DNA from: Psammoneis japonica | Taxonomy: Eukaryota | NCBI GenBank assembly: GCA_008632985.1 | Contig: QPGO01000006.1 | Coordinates: 124,001-188,000, forward strand | Length of the DNA stretch: 64,000 nucleotides | Direction: 5' to 3' | In this document: positions 36,191-49,829 of the stretch, one piece after another | How positions within the stretch are numbered: position 1 is the stretch's first letter | Layout of the letters: each line of letters starts with the position of its first letter | Notes under the pieces: generated by a model | Databases searched by the model: none | Seen by the model: only the letters and a program-made list of their open reading frames with translations | Told to the model about the DNA's origin: nothing | Translations under genes and position numbers: made by a program

Positions 36191-37477
36191 ATGGACTTGT
36201 TGGGGACGTATGATTCATCCTCCGACGAGGAAGAAACGAGCAGCAACAACAACAACAAGGAGGAGGTGGGACCTGTTGCAAAAGGCGTCGCCGTGCAGCA
36301 AGCGGCAACAACGACACGAAACACGTCAGCAGGCTCGTCTCGTCGTCGTGGTGGTGGTAAAGTTGGAAAACGTATTGTATCACTCCATGCCGTGTTACCA
36401 CAAGCCATTCGTGATGAACTCAGCAAGAATAATCCGGCCGGTTATGACGATAGCAGTAGTGATAATGACGAAGACGAAATCGAAATCACCTCTGCAGCAG
36501 CGGCTGTTGGAGGCAGCCACAAGAAAAAGGAGCCAACCAAATCCCCCAATACAAACAGTGTCAAGAAGGACAGTGGTATTTCCTCCCTTTTATCCGAGCT
36601 TCAATCGACAACTCCCGCTATAAGGCCGACCATGCCCTTTGCTAGTACTGCCGCGCATGATGTTGATGCTTTGACAGACGACCAGAAACCAAGCACAACC
36701 GCCATGGGATTGTCACTGATATCCACAACAACAACTACTACTACTACTACTACTACTGCCAAAAAGGGTCAGGACGCTGTCGATATTCACGCTACCACGG
36801 AGGATAGCGTCTCGTCAGAATCAAACGAGCAGACAAACGCTGCTGTTGGTGCGGCACGACCAACAAGTACAAGAACAAATCCGGCTCCTTCAGCAACTTT
36901 GCCAAAAACGACAAGTACCACTACTACTCCCATTGCAGCCATTGCTCCTCGTCGCTTTAATGCTGCTCCTACAGCAACACAACAACCGCAAGTGGCTACT
37001 ACTGCTGCTGCGTCGTCCATGGGCCATTCTCTAAACGAGGCGCCTTCCGCCATGCATCAATACCCACCAGAATTTGACAATACCGCTCAAACACAACAAC
37101 ACTCCAAGAAAAAGAGCAAAAGGCAGTTGGAACAAGCCTTGAGAAGCGGACAATTTGATACTGTTGTGGATGACAATACTAATAGTAACATTGTTTCCAT
37201 TCAAGCCCAAGATCGCTCCGGTTATGTGGCTCCCCAGCAACACGAGCAATACCAGTCGCACGGTATCAAAAAGGCGGCTGTTAAAATGTACAATTCATCC
37301 ATGGGAAGTGATGAGTTGCAAAATCAAGTCACGTCCAAACACAGGTCCAAACATCAAATCAATCAGCTGGTACAGAGTGCCGTCAATTTGGAATTGCAAC
37401 GATCGCAACAAGCCGGGCTTGTCAGTAATAAGCAAAGTAATCGACGGGCCAATCCAAAACGAAAATATGGGTGGTAG
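36191..37477 (+). CDS. PRCC-like (MAD2B-interacting domain) protein, 428 aa
   Basis: N-terminal MDLLGTYDSSSDEE and C-terminal KHQINQLV..A..LEL...KRKYGW* resemble the PRCC family (KHQI..L...A...ELE...KYG(F/W)*); low-complexity middle. Confidence 0.75.
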   Translation: MDLLGTYDSSSDEEETSSNNNNKEEVGPVAKGVAVQQAATTTRNTSAGSSRRRGGGKVGKRIVSLHAVLPQAIRDELSKNNPAGYDDSSSDNDEDEIEITSAAAAVGGSHKKKEPTKSPNTNSVKKDSGISSLLSELQSTTPAIRPTMPFASTAAHDVDALTDDQKPSTTAMGLSLISTTTTTTTTTTTAKKGQDAVDIHATTEDSVSSESNEQTNAAVGAARPTSTRTNPAPSATLPKTTSTTTTPIAAIAPRRFNAAPTATQQPQVATTAAASSMGHSLNEAPSAMHQYPPEFDNTAQTQQHSKKKSKRQLEQALRSGQFDTVVDDNTNSNIVSIQAQDRSGYVAPQQHEQYQSHGIKKAAVKMYNSSMGSDELQNQVTSKHRSKHQINQLVQSAVNLELQRSQQAGLVSNKQSNRRANPKRKYGW

Positions 37478-38448
37478 ATATATAATATAATACTATGAGA
37501 TTGCAATATTGATGTTCTTGGGAAAACCCTCTAGTACATGGTTGTGCACTTTTGGTCCTATCGTGGTTCATTATTACAGACGGTTGTACTGTGTCTCGGA
37601 TGCATTGTTATAAACTAAACGCGTCTGTGTATTTTTCGTTGCAAGGACGAGTGGCGAGTAGTGGACGCATCATAAACGCCATCTCCAATTGGGCTCGGCG
37701 ACAATGATGCGCAGTAAGAGCTATCCAAGTTAGCTCGGAACGATGAGCACGAGAGCCTCAAATTTCTCGAGGAAGTGCAATCCCGATCGGTTGCATTGCA
37801 TCGCAGACATGTGGTGTTTTCATTGCAAGTGTGTTGGCTGTCTTCTTCCTTCTTGTGACGGATCCTTGTTTGGTGCTCTGTCATGCCAGCCATTTGCCAC
37901 TCATGTTTGTTTGTGCCCTCCTTCTTCTTTGGGCAATCATTGCAATGGGTGGGATGATTGGCAGTTGTCGTTCGCCAGTCCAAAAGCCGGAACATGTCTT
38001 GCTTGTCAAAAAGGGCAAAGAAGAGCTGTTTTGTTGAGCAATGCCAGCCCATCTTGAGCTTGGCATGTTTTCTTGTCTCCAGCAAAACAAGGGACACAGC
38101 CCTTGACAATTTCTTGGGCACAAATGCTCTGCTCATCCAGCCAGTTGAGGAACCCAAGCCTCCACAACATGAGGACATTTGTCTGCATTGAGCTCACAAA
38201 GGTCCAGATGCTTCTCTAATCTTGATTGCCGTGCACATGCTCAGCGCCGCTGGCGCCAGTTTGTTGTGGGCAAGCACCGCTTGCTTTGGGGGGCAAGACC
38301 CACTTGCTTGGTTGGGACCCCCAACAAGCCCAAGCTTTGATGTGATTTGAGCCAAAGTTGCTGATCGCCAGCAGCAGCGGTGTTCAGGCAGGAAGACAAG
38401 AGAGACCCATCCACTTTTTCTTCCATTCAGCAGGTCAAGGTTGGCCAT

Positions 38449-41400
38449 CTGCAACAGGAATGAAGTGAAAATAAAGTGAAGCACAGATGTTCGTTTCATT
38501 TAGACAGAAAATGTTAAAAGCACGATCGTCTAAGATCGATGGGTGCGACATCTGCGCCAAATGACTATCGCGAAACTTTCTACGAACATCAACTCAACGC
38601 GACAACGGCTGAAGACACGTGGATTTCTACGTGGTTGCACCAAATCGCCTCCATTGCAGACAGAATTCTCTTCTCGTTTGAGTGCTCTCACAATTTCTGA
38701 ATTGCTCGTCAGTTCACAGTCCATCATGAAAATCATGAACTTTGTCCTTGCCATCATTGCCGCCATGAGTGCTGGTGCAATCATCAGCCCTCTCTCTGCC
38801 TCGTTTGTTGATGCGGCAAAGCGCTCCGTTAGCGCCTTGTCGATCAAGGCCGCCACGGCGACCGACAGCATCGCCACGTTCAACCAAGAGCTCCCACGCA
38901 AGTTTTTGGACAACAACAGTTGCTCAGATGTCGATGCAACCTCCAGCTGCCACCATGACATCATCAGCAATGCTGCTCCCAGCACTGTTCCCTTCGAAAA
39001 CGCCGCCATCACTTCCAGCTTTTGCGTCTGTTTTGACGACGGCGACAAGTCTCCGAGTCGCGTCCAAGACCTCCTGCACAATGCCACGCCCACGATTGTG
39101 CCAGAAGAAGATGCCAACGAGTGTTGTGTCCATGACTGTTTTGTGCCGGACAACAATGGCGACTCCAACGGCAGCCTCCAGCAACTTTTTCTCAACACTG
39201 CTCCTGATGGCACGATTCAGACCAAGGCAGTCCCGTTCCAAGATGCGTTCACGACATTTTTTGGAGATCCAGTCGGCCTTCTTGTCGGACACACACGACA
39301 GCTTTTTGGGTGTCAAGACGGAAGCGTTTCAGCTTTGGTGGAAACTTGCAGATGCATTTTCGAACGACGTCATCGCGAAAATCCAGACTCAGGCTCGCGT
39401 TCTCAAAACCCCCAGAACAATTGATTGCCAATGCAGTCAATTGCAATTAATTGCAATTGTCAATTAATTGCAGCACGTTCACCTGTTCCTCAATGCATTG
39501 GCTTGAGTTACATTGCGCTTGATTGCCGAATGTTGTGTGTAAAAAATTGCATCTTTGTTGCACCTTTCTCAGCACAAAAAAGACGTGGTTTTCTGCACGG
39601 TCATAACTCCGTGGTGAGGAATTGTCGGTGTGGTTCTGGCACTTTTGCTCAGTTTGTTTGTTGTTGTTGTCGTCGTCGTCGCGAACGGTGTGTCACATCG
39701 CATCCCACTTCCTTCCTCCACAATGGAGCAAGCAGGAGACTTGCCCAAGGGCAAAGAACTTGTGCTCCTTGTCATGGATGTTGAAGAAACGACCGTCACG
39801 CTTCTCGATGAGGATGTAAAAGGACATAAAATCACGTGCCCAAACTGCAAGAACTGCTCGAAATTCATCAAGAAGAAAGATGGGTTTGCCAACCCCTGCA
39901 ACCATTGGCTCTCTTGCGTCAAGGATCAGGCTCCTGTCATTGTTGCTGAGCGCAGAAAACAATTGGCTGAAGCCGAAGCAAAGGAAGCAGAGGCAAAAGA
40001 GGGCAACTCGGCACCAGTGCAACAGAAATTTCAGGCTGTCACTAATTTCCACCGCTCGCTCCATGTGTGGACAGAGAAAATCGTCCTTCTAAATCGTCCA
40101 GTCAGCTGCGTGACGAATGAGGTCGAACAGTCTCATGCAAAGCATCCTGAAGTGTCCAGCACAGAGATGGCACTGGACACCATGTTTCACCTTGCTGAGA
40201 CAGTAGAGGGGAAGATCACTGATGTGATGGAAATGGCACCGGGTTGCCAAGTTGTTTGTGATGGCTGGACCAAGTGTGGTGTCCATTGTGTGGCCCTGTG
40301 TTCTTCTTTCAACAAGAAGCTGCGCATCATTGTAGACAGAACCGAGGAAACAAGAGAGATGCATGAGTTGCGTTCACTGTCGGCATCACCCATGCCGGCC
40401 ATGTCGGAGGATGACAAGGATGACAAGGACCTCGAAGCGGTGTCATTTGATGCAGACCACCACCAGAACCTCATTGAAGAAACATTCGACGTGTGTGACA
40501 AGCATGCCACATGGTTCATCCTTTGTCAAGCCGCCGACAGCGCATCCATCAACATCAAGGTTGCAAATGACATGGGCCATCCTCATGTGTCTTGCAAGAA
40601 TCACAACCTGAAGAACGACCTGATGATGGCACGGAATGAGGAGCTGAAGGATTGCACCACCAAGGTGTGCAATCTATCTTCATCTGTGAGGGCCTCCGCC
40701 AAATGTTCTGCTGCACTCCGAAATGCTGCTGCCAAGCCTGACAAGCACAGCAGCGTCCGTGCAAAGGCCACATCCATCACAAGGAAGTGGACAGGGTTGG
40801 AAGAAGCCCTCGGGTCCCACCTGAAGCTCCACCCTCATCACCACAAACTCATTGAAGAGGACAAGTCGGGCAAGCTGCAGGAACACCAGGAAACTGCAGA
40901 GATGTCCTTCGTTGGGAAATGCAAGACTCACGGCCGGCATCTGAAGCAGATGAAGAAGGTGTCAGCCCACATGCAGAGTAAAAAGAAATCGCTCAGCAAG
41001 TGCCAAGATCTTCTGAACAAGCTGCGTTCGAAGGTGACAAGGAAAGCGCACAAGCCCAAAAGCAGTTGCCACAAGTGCACCCCGGCAGGAACGCGACAAT
41101 TTTTTGCCTTTTCGGAACCCATTCTTGTCCAACCATCTCTCTGAGATCAAATCGAGTGTTGGACATTGGGGGAAGAGAGATGTGGAGATTGCAAAGACTT
41201 GGACGAACCTGCTGTGTGAAGAGGTGTTGCTGTTCTGGAACCCAATTTTGTCTGACTGTCGCTCTGCGATTGAGTGGAAAGCCAAGTGTTGGGGGGCGAG
41301 AGTTTTAGATGCATCGACTCATGTGATGAACGTTCTTCAAGATTCTGTGCCAATTGTGAAACCCCGCGAAGAAACCAAGAATGTTGTTGTTGAGGTTCTG

Positions 41401-42984
41401 GCACCTGCCATTGGAAGTTGGGTCACGACATTGAAACAAATCAGGCTCGCCTTTCGAATCGGTGCTTTTCAAGCACCCGGGAAAATTAGAATGTCAGTTG
41501 GGAGGCAATGCAATCGAGACGTTAGTGAGTCTCGATTGGCATCGAGGGGACACATGTTGCCAGTTAGATTCGAGCAGAAAGCATGGCACAGCATTGCAGT
41601 TGTCGTTTGCTTGTCTGCCACAGAGTGTTTGCCGCTTCGACTGCCAATCTTAACACACATTTTGTCGATGTCACTCTGCCGAGACAAAGTAGAGCCAGCA
41701 GACTGGTGCTTGTGACGGTGTCGTCTTCACAGTCCCTGCATTTTCCAGAGTCGGCACTGATCCAGTCGACGACGCCTGTGTTGCAAATGCAGACTCAGCA
41801 CATCCGCCTGGGCATGTGCATAGACCCACAGCACACATTCCATCATCGTATTCTCGGCACCGCAATCCACAATTCGAAAGAACTGAGAATGGACCACACC
41901 ACTTCTGTGTCTGCTGGATTCATTGCTCCTCCCATTGTCGTTCAACATCACTCCACAATGTCAATTTCCGTCTTCGACTCATGCCATTTGCCATCAATTG
42001 TCATGTTGCGTGTATCGACATCGTCAATTGCAACAATCAAATCGTCCACCCGAATCACACCCAGCAGTGGACTATCGTCCTTGAGCGACATGACTTGGGG
42101 TCCATCGAGTGTGGTGTCGACAACAATTCCCAATCGACCCAGTGGTGCGTGGACATCTTGTTGTGCCTTTCCGGGTGGAATGTCATGTTCGTTTTGAAAG
42201 GACGGTGCCGACAAGGAACCATCGGCTGTGGCAGCACCCAACATGGTGGTTCCACTCGACATGGAACCAGGATCATACGTGGCCGCATCTTGAATGCCGT
42301 CGTCAAGCGAATGGGCACATGTCAAGTCGCCTCCGCCCTTGCTGGGAATGCTGTTTGCCAGATGCGATCCATCGTTCCACGATGAGTCGCCACTGGATTT
42401 GGTTCGTTGTCGATGCGAGTGACTGCTCACTTGACTCTTGGGACTGGCTTGACCATCCTCCACGTAGGATAGATTGGAGGAACGAGCCGAACTTGGTGGT
42501 GCTTGTCGTCGTTGTGGTTGTTTGGACTTTTTCAGTGGAGTCCAAAAGGAACTGTCCAATTTCCTGTTCTTCGAAGCAGCAGCATTCGACAACGAAACCA
42601 TGGATGCATTGACGGCAAGAGACGTGTTGTTGTTGGGACCCATGCTTTTGAAACAGTTTCGTGGTCGAGCAGTCGTCCTTCTGGCATGACGACATCCCAC
42701 GGCAAAGAGGCAACACACAATCGCGGCACCCAAGACAATGGCAATGATCACTCCTGTCGAGAGTCCACTGTTCGAGGAAGAAGTTTTTTGCCATTGTTTT
42801 CGACATTGTTGGTTTCGTCTTGCATCACGGAATTGACGGACGTGACGGTGGAAAAGTGATCATCACCCAATTGCTGTAGCAGCGAAATAAAAGCTGGACT
42901 CTGTACGGCAAAGACATTTCGTAACAGACGACTGTAATCCAAATCCTCCGATGCAGTTGCAAAGCCTTGACGAGGACGAAAGTC
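38449..42984. pseudogene. Hypermutated duplicate (copy 1) of 52968-55835, interrupted by a hAT fragment
   Basis: Colinear with the secreted-protein gene and the 3' half of the PDZ membrane-protein gene; Tyr codons read Cys/His; frameshifts present. Confidence 0.93.
39404..41084 (+). mobile_element. 3'-truncated hAT-like DNA transposon (BED finger plus DDE transposase), hypermutated
   Basis: Inserted between GTTCT and GCAGGAACG of the parent sequence; motifs CPNC...NPCNHWLSC, VCDGWT, ADSASIN, SCKNH (CxxH) and TRKW; CAATTG/CAATTAATTG palindromes at the 5' end; no TSD seen. Confidence 0.8.
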
Positions 42985-45900
42985 GCAAGAAGCGCCTTTT
43001 CGCTTGTTGCGATAAGCAAAAGGCTCATCGCTGCTTGGCAAAGGAGAGAAAAACGTCCGCATTGTGGTGCGCTCTGTCGCGTTGCCCATGCCATCATCTT
43101 GTCATCGACAAAGGTGCGCAGTCCTCATCGTAAAAACAGTTCTCTTCATTTCTGCCACCAGCACAGCTGGCACTTTCTAGCGCCTTCCAATTGGGTCAAT
43201 GCTGCTTGTACATTGTTGATCGAAGTCTCTGCAACGACACTCATCATGTCCTTCTGGATGGCACTGAACGACAGCATCACCTCTTCTTGCACTTCCCAAG
43301 TCCTGCGAGTTTTGTTCGACTTTTTAATGTTCACACAGAGAGTCCGCATGAGTGGCATCATTTGTGCCCGTCTTTCCCGTCACCCCAAACGTTGCTCCTT
43401 TTTGTCAGTGTCACGGTCGACAAAGCCAGAAGGCTTGCTCCACTGTGTCGTTTTTGTCTCACGATTGTAATGGCAGGTCTGACCAGTGTGCAGCCTTCCA
43501 CAGAGACCGACTCTTTTTTGCTTCGTCAATTTCTGCTCCTGACCAACAGTTTCTTCATCGGAGGGACAATCATTTTCTGTCTCTGGATTAGAATGAGTGG
43601 ACAACATTGTGTTGTCTGGGCTGGCTTTCAATTGCTCAGAGACAGGCTGCATGGCCTGGGAAGTCCCCACAGTGGCGTCGCCAACTCCGCCACTTCAAAA
43701 ATCGGAGATCCGCCAATTGCAAAGATGTCTCCAGGTTCGGGAGGATAGATCAAGTGCTTCTTGACATCCTCGGGGCTCAATGGACCCAACTCCCTCCTAA
43801 ATCACCGAAGGAAGAGAAAAAGAGGCGAGCATTGAGAAAGGAAGCAGCGAACATTGGAACTCAAAAACACTGTTTGGAGCAACTGACTTGCCGTCCAGCC
43901 AAGCGGAGGCTGATTGAGAAACACGCGGTGTCTGGAATGTCTGGGATCCGAGTCCCACACATCATCCAGAATCTTCATGTACGCCAAACCACTCTCTGCC
44001 TCGCCCGAACACTCGAATGATTTACAGCATGAGAGCAATTCCTGTGCCAACCACTGGCAATCCAATCTTTGACACCTTTTCTCAAAAGAAAATGCCCTGG
44101 TCCGTTGGCCCAAGCCGCAAGCCACCCAATGCAGACATGTGCACCACACCACCAGGTCACGAACGATCTAGAAGCTTTGTGATTGGCCCCCCTTTGGCGT
44201 CGGTCCAGTGCGAAACACAAATCACCCCTGCGTCATTGGGGCGGGCAATGGGCGAAAGCACCCCACCAATGTCTCACCGCCCAGTTCACCGCGGAGACCA
44301 ACGAATTGGCCAGCGTCTTGACCAGAGTTTTGCAACGCGCCATTGGGATTGAAGCGCACCTCATGCGCATCAATGCCGTGTTTGGCATCCGTGTTGAGTG
44401 CTTTGAGGAGCATCCATGAAAGCCATCAATGGGAACACCGTTGACAGCAACGGAAGTAGAGTTGACGTCTTGACGTGGGAGACACAAAAAAGATGGACAC
44501 CGCCAGTCGCACTTCAGCGACAGGTCGAGGCTGGGTGCCGTTGATTCGAAGGAATTCACTTCACATCCACAGGAAAAGTGAAAATCGTCACCCACGCAAC
44601 ATGTGGCAGGATCATCTTGATCTGGATTCCAAGCGCAGGTCAACCACCAAAAGGCAAACACATGGCAGCCGTGGGTGCTTCGTTTCAGAGATTTTGTTGG
44701 CTCGATTGAACTTTGTCGTCAAATGTCAAAGTCCGTAGCGGTCCGTACACCACTGTCTTGGGAGAGAAGTTGGTGGTGCTGTGCAGGTCTAGCGGGATGG
44801 CTGTGGCGCCCGTCATGGGATAGATTTTGCTAAGAATGCATTCGCGCTCAGCGCAAGCTTGGTCAAATCATCCGACAGGACAGCAATCGCAGCGCTGGTC
44901 ACTTCTGTGAACCGTTTGCACAGACATGCAATGGCTAAAAGCCTCCATTTCTATCATCTCCCGCTCGCATCCAAGACAACATCCACAGAGTGGCAATGGT
45001 CTTGACCGCAATGTGCTCATTCGGTGGCAATTCAATCACAGTGGCACAGGCTCGTGATGATCTTTATCCTGCAGTGGCATGGCAAAAGTTGTGACAGGCC
45101 CGGGTTGCTGTGTCAGTTCTGTTTGTTTCCACGGAGGCTGGGGCAAAGAGACTCGGTCTTGCGAGTAAAACGGGTGTAACCTGTCTTGTTGCTTGGCACG
45201 CGTGCTTTCAACTGTCGTTCCAGATCAAGGTGCAAAGCCTCCGTCGGCGTTGGCTGAATTGTCTTTTCCACAGCTCGGGCTTTGAGATGCAGGCGCAAGC
45301 CTCTACATTCACCCACTGCACAAATCCACATGCCCTCAGTTTCTTCTACAAATTCAATGTCAGACTTGTGCGATGCAGAGGTCCGTCACAAAATCGACAC
45401 GTCGTCGATCACGAAAGATGCGTTGGTGCATGGGGGCAGCAACAGCCAGCGAAAGATGCGTTGGTGCATGGCAATGGCCACAAGGCTGCACCCTCTAATT
45501 GCAGCGGAGACAAGGCCCATCACAGTGGCAAACAGAAATTCGAAGTTAAAGTGAGCATCAACAAAACAGTGGAAGACAAACGCAGGAGAGCCCTTGCGCA
45601 CCTTGTTCTTGGCAAACTTTGTCAGATGCAGCAACGCCAGCCAGAAACGCTGACTCAAACGAAGGAAGCGCACGAGAAGGAATCTCATCGAACATGACAT
45701 TGCAAAGCTCGGGGGGTGCTAGAGTCGCCCTCCTCAGATTTGCTGCAGAGAGATGCTGCAGCATCTTTGGGAGACACTGTGGCATCTTTCGATGGTTCCT
45801 TGTCATCACTGTCCAGAATCTCAACAATGTTGCTTTGCTTGTGATCTGCAGAGGCCGCTGGTTTCTTTGCTTCTTTTACAGTGTCGTCACTTGTGTTGTC

Positions 45901-46199
45901 TTTATGGTCGATGCGTTTGCAGCCAAAAGACTCTGAGGCAACGCCGTGGGCACAGACCACCGGCACGTCGAAAATGTGTCAATCGCTTCTCCCACCCCCT
46001 CGACATCATCCTCCTTTTTCTCTGGAACAATGGGGGCGTTGCAGCAACGGGCGGTGGTGGCATCATCACGTGTCGTTGACGCCATGTTGTTTTGTGCAAC
46101 AGTTTCAAGTTTCAACAGTTGACTGGCATCTGGCATCAACAAAGTTGGACGACGGGCGGAGTGCGGATGGACGGAAAGCACCGGCAGGGTCATGAGGTT

Positions 46200-48385
46200 A
46201 GCACGACAGTCTAAGGTCGACAGGTGCACCAACTGCACCGAAATGACTTTCGCGAAACTTTCTCTGAACTTCAATGCAACGGAGAAACGGCCCACGCCAC
46301 GCAGATTTCTGCGTGTCTTGCACCACGGCGCCTCCATTGCAGACAGAATCTCTTCTCGTTCGAGTGCTCTCACAATTTCTGAATTGCTCGTCAGTTCACA
46401 GTCCATCATGAAAATCATGAACTTTGTCCTTGCCATCATTGCCGCCATGAGGGCTGGTGCCATCATCAGTCCTCTCTCTGCCTCGTTTGTGGGGTGCGGC
46501 AAAGCGCTCCGTTGGCGCCTTGTCGATCAAGGCTGCCACGGCAACCGACAGCATCGCCACGTTCAACCAAGAGCTCCTGCACAAGTTTTTGGACAACAAC
46601 AGTTGCTCAGACATCGACACTGCCCCCAGCCACTGCCATGACATCATCAGCAACGCTGCTCCCAGCACTGTTCCCGAAAACGCCATCATCACTTCCAGCT
46701 TCTGCACTCATTTTGATGACGGCAACAAGTCTCCGAGTCACGTCCAAGACCTCCTGCGCAACACCACGCCCACGATTGTACCAGAAGAAGATGCCAACGA
46801 GCATTGTGTCTATGACTGTTTTGTGCCGGACAACAATGGCGACTCCAATGGCAGCCTCCAGCAACTTTTTCTCAACACTGCTCCCGACGGCACGATTCAG
46901 ACCAAGGCAGTCCCGTTCCAAGATACGTTCACGACATTTTTGGAGATCCAGTCGGCCTTCTTGTCGGACACGTACGACAGCTTTTTGGATGTCAAGACGG
47001 AAGCGTTTCAGCTTTGGTGGAAACTTGTAGACGCATTCTCGAACGACGTCATCGCGCAAATCCAGACTCAGGCTCGCGTTCTGCAGGAACGCGATAATTT
47101 TTTGCCTTTTCGGAACCCATTCTTGTCCAACCATCTCTCCGAGGTCAAATCGAGTGTTGGACATTGGGGGAAGAGAGTTGTGGAGATTGCAAAGACTCGG
47201 ACGAACCTGCCACATGAAGAGGTGTCGCTGTTCTGGAACCCAATTTTGTCTGACTGTCGCTCTACGATTGAGTGGAAAGCCAAATGTTGGGGGGCGAGAG
47301 TTTTAGATACATCGACTCATGTGATGAACGTTCTTCAAGATTCTGTGCCGTTTCTGAAACCCCGCGAAGAAACCAAGAATGTTGTTGTTGAGGTTCTGGC
47401 ACCTGCCATTGGAAGTTGGGTCACGACATTGAAACAAATCAGGCTCGCTTTTCGAATCGGTGCTATTTGAGTACCCGGGAAAATTAGAGTGTCAGTTGGG
47501 AGGCAATGCAATCGAGACATTAGTGAGTCTCGATTAGCATCGAGGGGACATATGTTGTTAGTTAGATTCGAGCAGAAAGTATAGTGCAAAATTACAATTA
47601 TCGTTTGCTTGTCTACCATAGAGTGTTTGCCGCTTCGACCACCAATCCTAACACACATTTTGTCTATATCGCTCTACCGAGACAGAGTAGAGCTAGCAGA
47701 CTGGTGCTGGTAACGGTATCGTCTTTCATAGTCCCTGCATTCCCCAGAGTCGGCACTATTCCAGTCGACGTCGCCTGCATTGCAAACGCAGACTCAGCAC
47801 ATCCGCCAAGTTATGTGCATAGACCCACAGCACACATTCCATCATCGTATTCTCGGCACCGCAATCCACAATTCCAAAGAATCCAGAATGGACCACACCA
47901 CTTTTATTTCTACTGGATAGATTCGTTGCTTTTCCATTGTCATTCAACATCACTCCACAATGTCAATTTACGTCTTCGACTCATGCCATTCGCCATTAAT
48001 TGTCCAATCGAATTGGCCGTCATGTTGCGTGTATCAACGTCGTCAATGGCAACAATTAAATGATCTACCCGAATTACACCCACCAGTGGACTATCGTCCT
48101 TGAGCGACATGACTTGGGGTCCATCGAGTGTGGTATCCACGACGATTCCCAATCGACCCGGTGGTGCATAGACATCTCGTTGTGCCTTGCCGGGTGGAAT
48201 GTCGTGTTCGTCTTGAAAGGACGGTGCCGACAAGGAACCACCGGCTATAGTAGCACCCAACACGGTGGTTCCACTCGATGTGGACCCAGGATCGTATGTG
48301 GCCGCATCTTGAACACCGTCGTCGAGCGAATAGGCATACGTCAAATCCCCTCCGCCCTTGCTGCTGTTTGCCAAATACGATCCAT
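46200..48385. pseudogene. Partially hypermutated duplicate (copy 2) of ~53030-55220
   Basis: Colinear with the secreted-protein gene and the PDZ C-terminus; TA lost on the left, largely retained on the right. Confidence 0.93.
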
Positions 48386-48386
48386 T

Positions 48387-49310
48387 TGGGTGGTAGATAC
48401 GTGATATAATGTGAGATTGCAACCATTGATGTTCTTTGGGAAACTGGTGCTTGGTTGTGCAAGAAAACCGCATGGGTGACGGCGTGCTTTTGGTCCTATC
48501 GTGGTTCATTGTTGCAGATGGTTATACTCGGCGATCAGCTCCACAGATGGAAACAAACTCGTTGCCAGGGAATGTGAGTAAGTTGGGATCACGTCGATGA
48601 AATGCATCATGAACGCCACCTCCATTGGGCTCGGTGACAATGCTAGACCTACACAGTAACTTGCGAGCTCCAAGTCCGGAACGACAAGCACGAGAACTCG
48701 GTGGTCTCTCCATCGGATGACGAGATGATGATTCGAATCGTGCATGCAAATCCGAATCGTGCTTGTGCGACTTGGCATGCGGTAAAATGCCACCACATCT
48801 CTGTGAAGGCACACAACAGTCACCATGCTCTTCAAACGTAATCGCGGCCGTCGCTCGGCCTCTTTCTTGTGCCTCAACAGCAAGAAAATTTCAGGCCTCC
48901 CCCAACAATCCATCGACAAGCAACACCAGTGCACGTTGCCTTGATCATCGTTCTGAGGCTTCCTCTGCCTCAACGGCAAGAATGTCACAGGGTGCCCATC
49001 ACGCCAGTGACTCAAGCAAGCAAGACAAACCCTCTGATCATCCTCTTCCTGTCTCCTTGTTTATTCTGACTGCAGCAATCCCGATCGGTTGCATTGCATC
49101 GCAGACATGTGGCGTTTTCTTTGCAAGTGTGCTGGCTGTCTTCTTCTTTCTTGCAGTGCTTCCGGCTGAGTCGGCGATCTGTTTTCCCCGCCAAGTGTTG
49201 ATTTCCACCCTCCTTCTTTTGGCACTCATTGAGATGGGTGGGATGATTGGCAGTTGTTGTTTGCCAGTTGCCAAGCCGGAGTGTGTCTTGCTTGATGAAA
49301 AGGGCAAAGA
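48387..49310 (+). repeat. Diverged duplicate of ~37467-38020 (end and 3' flank of the PRCC-like gene), with insertions
   Basis: Shares TGGGTGGTAGATA...GAGATTGCAA, TTTTGGTCCTATCGTGGTTCATT and GCAATCCCGATCGGTTGCATTGCATCGCAGACATGTGG. Confidence 0.8.
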
Positions 49311-49829
49311 ACAGCTCCTTCCGCAAGAAAAGGGAACCACTGGCTTTGCCAAGGGACTCATGATGGGGACAGCAGCATCGATTTTGTCTTTTCTTCTGCT
49401 GCTTTTGCCAAAGGAGACACACAGAGGAATTCTTGTCATCTGCGATCCCCTGCACCGGATGCCCCCACATGGTGAGCTCATTGTTTCCAGCTGACGGCAG
49501 TGCCTGCGACTCGATGCGCTGCCAAATTTAGAGCAGCGAATGAAAATCCACAGTTGTGGTTGGAGCATGTAAAATGACAGACTCGAATGGCTTGTTGTGA
49601 TTGTGATTCTTTTGGGTGGGCAGTGCCACAACAGAGAGAATCACACCAGAACCAAAACGAAGCACCTTGAGCAGCACAGCACCGCTGTTTCTCCACTTCT
49701 CCGAGAAAAACCATCTGTTGCTGCAGATGACTTTTTGGATTCAGTCTGTGCTTTCTCTTCCTTTCCACTGTCCTTGGGGCTTTTCTTTTGTGCTTTGGTG
49801 CCTTTTCAAGAAGATGAGCTGGAGAAAGA

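Noticed and set aside
38449..42984. Ordinary 5mC deamination as the sole cause of the TG/CA excess
   Set aside because: Most CpGs are retained in this copy while TA is gone.
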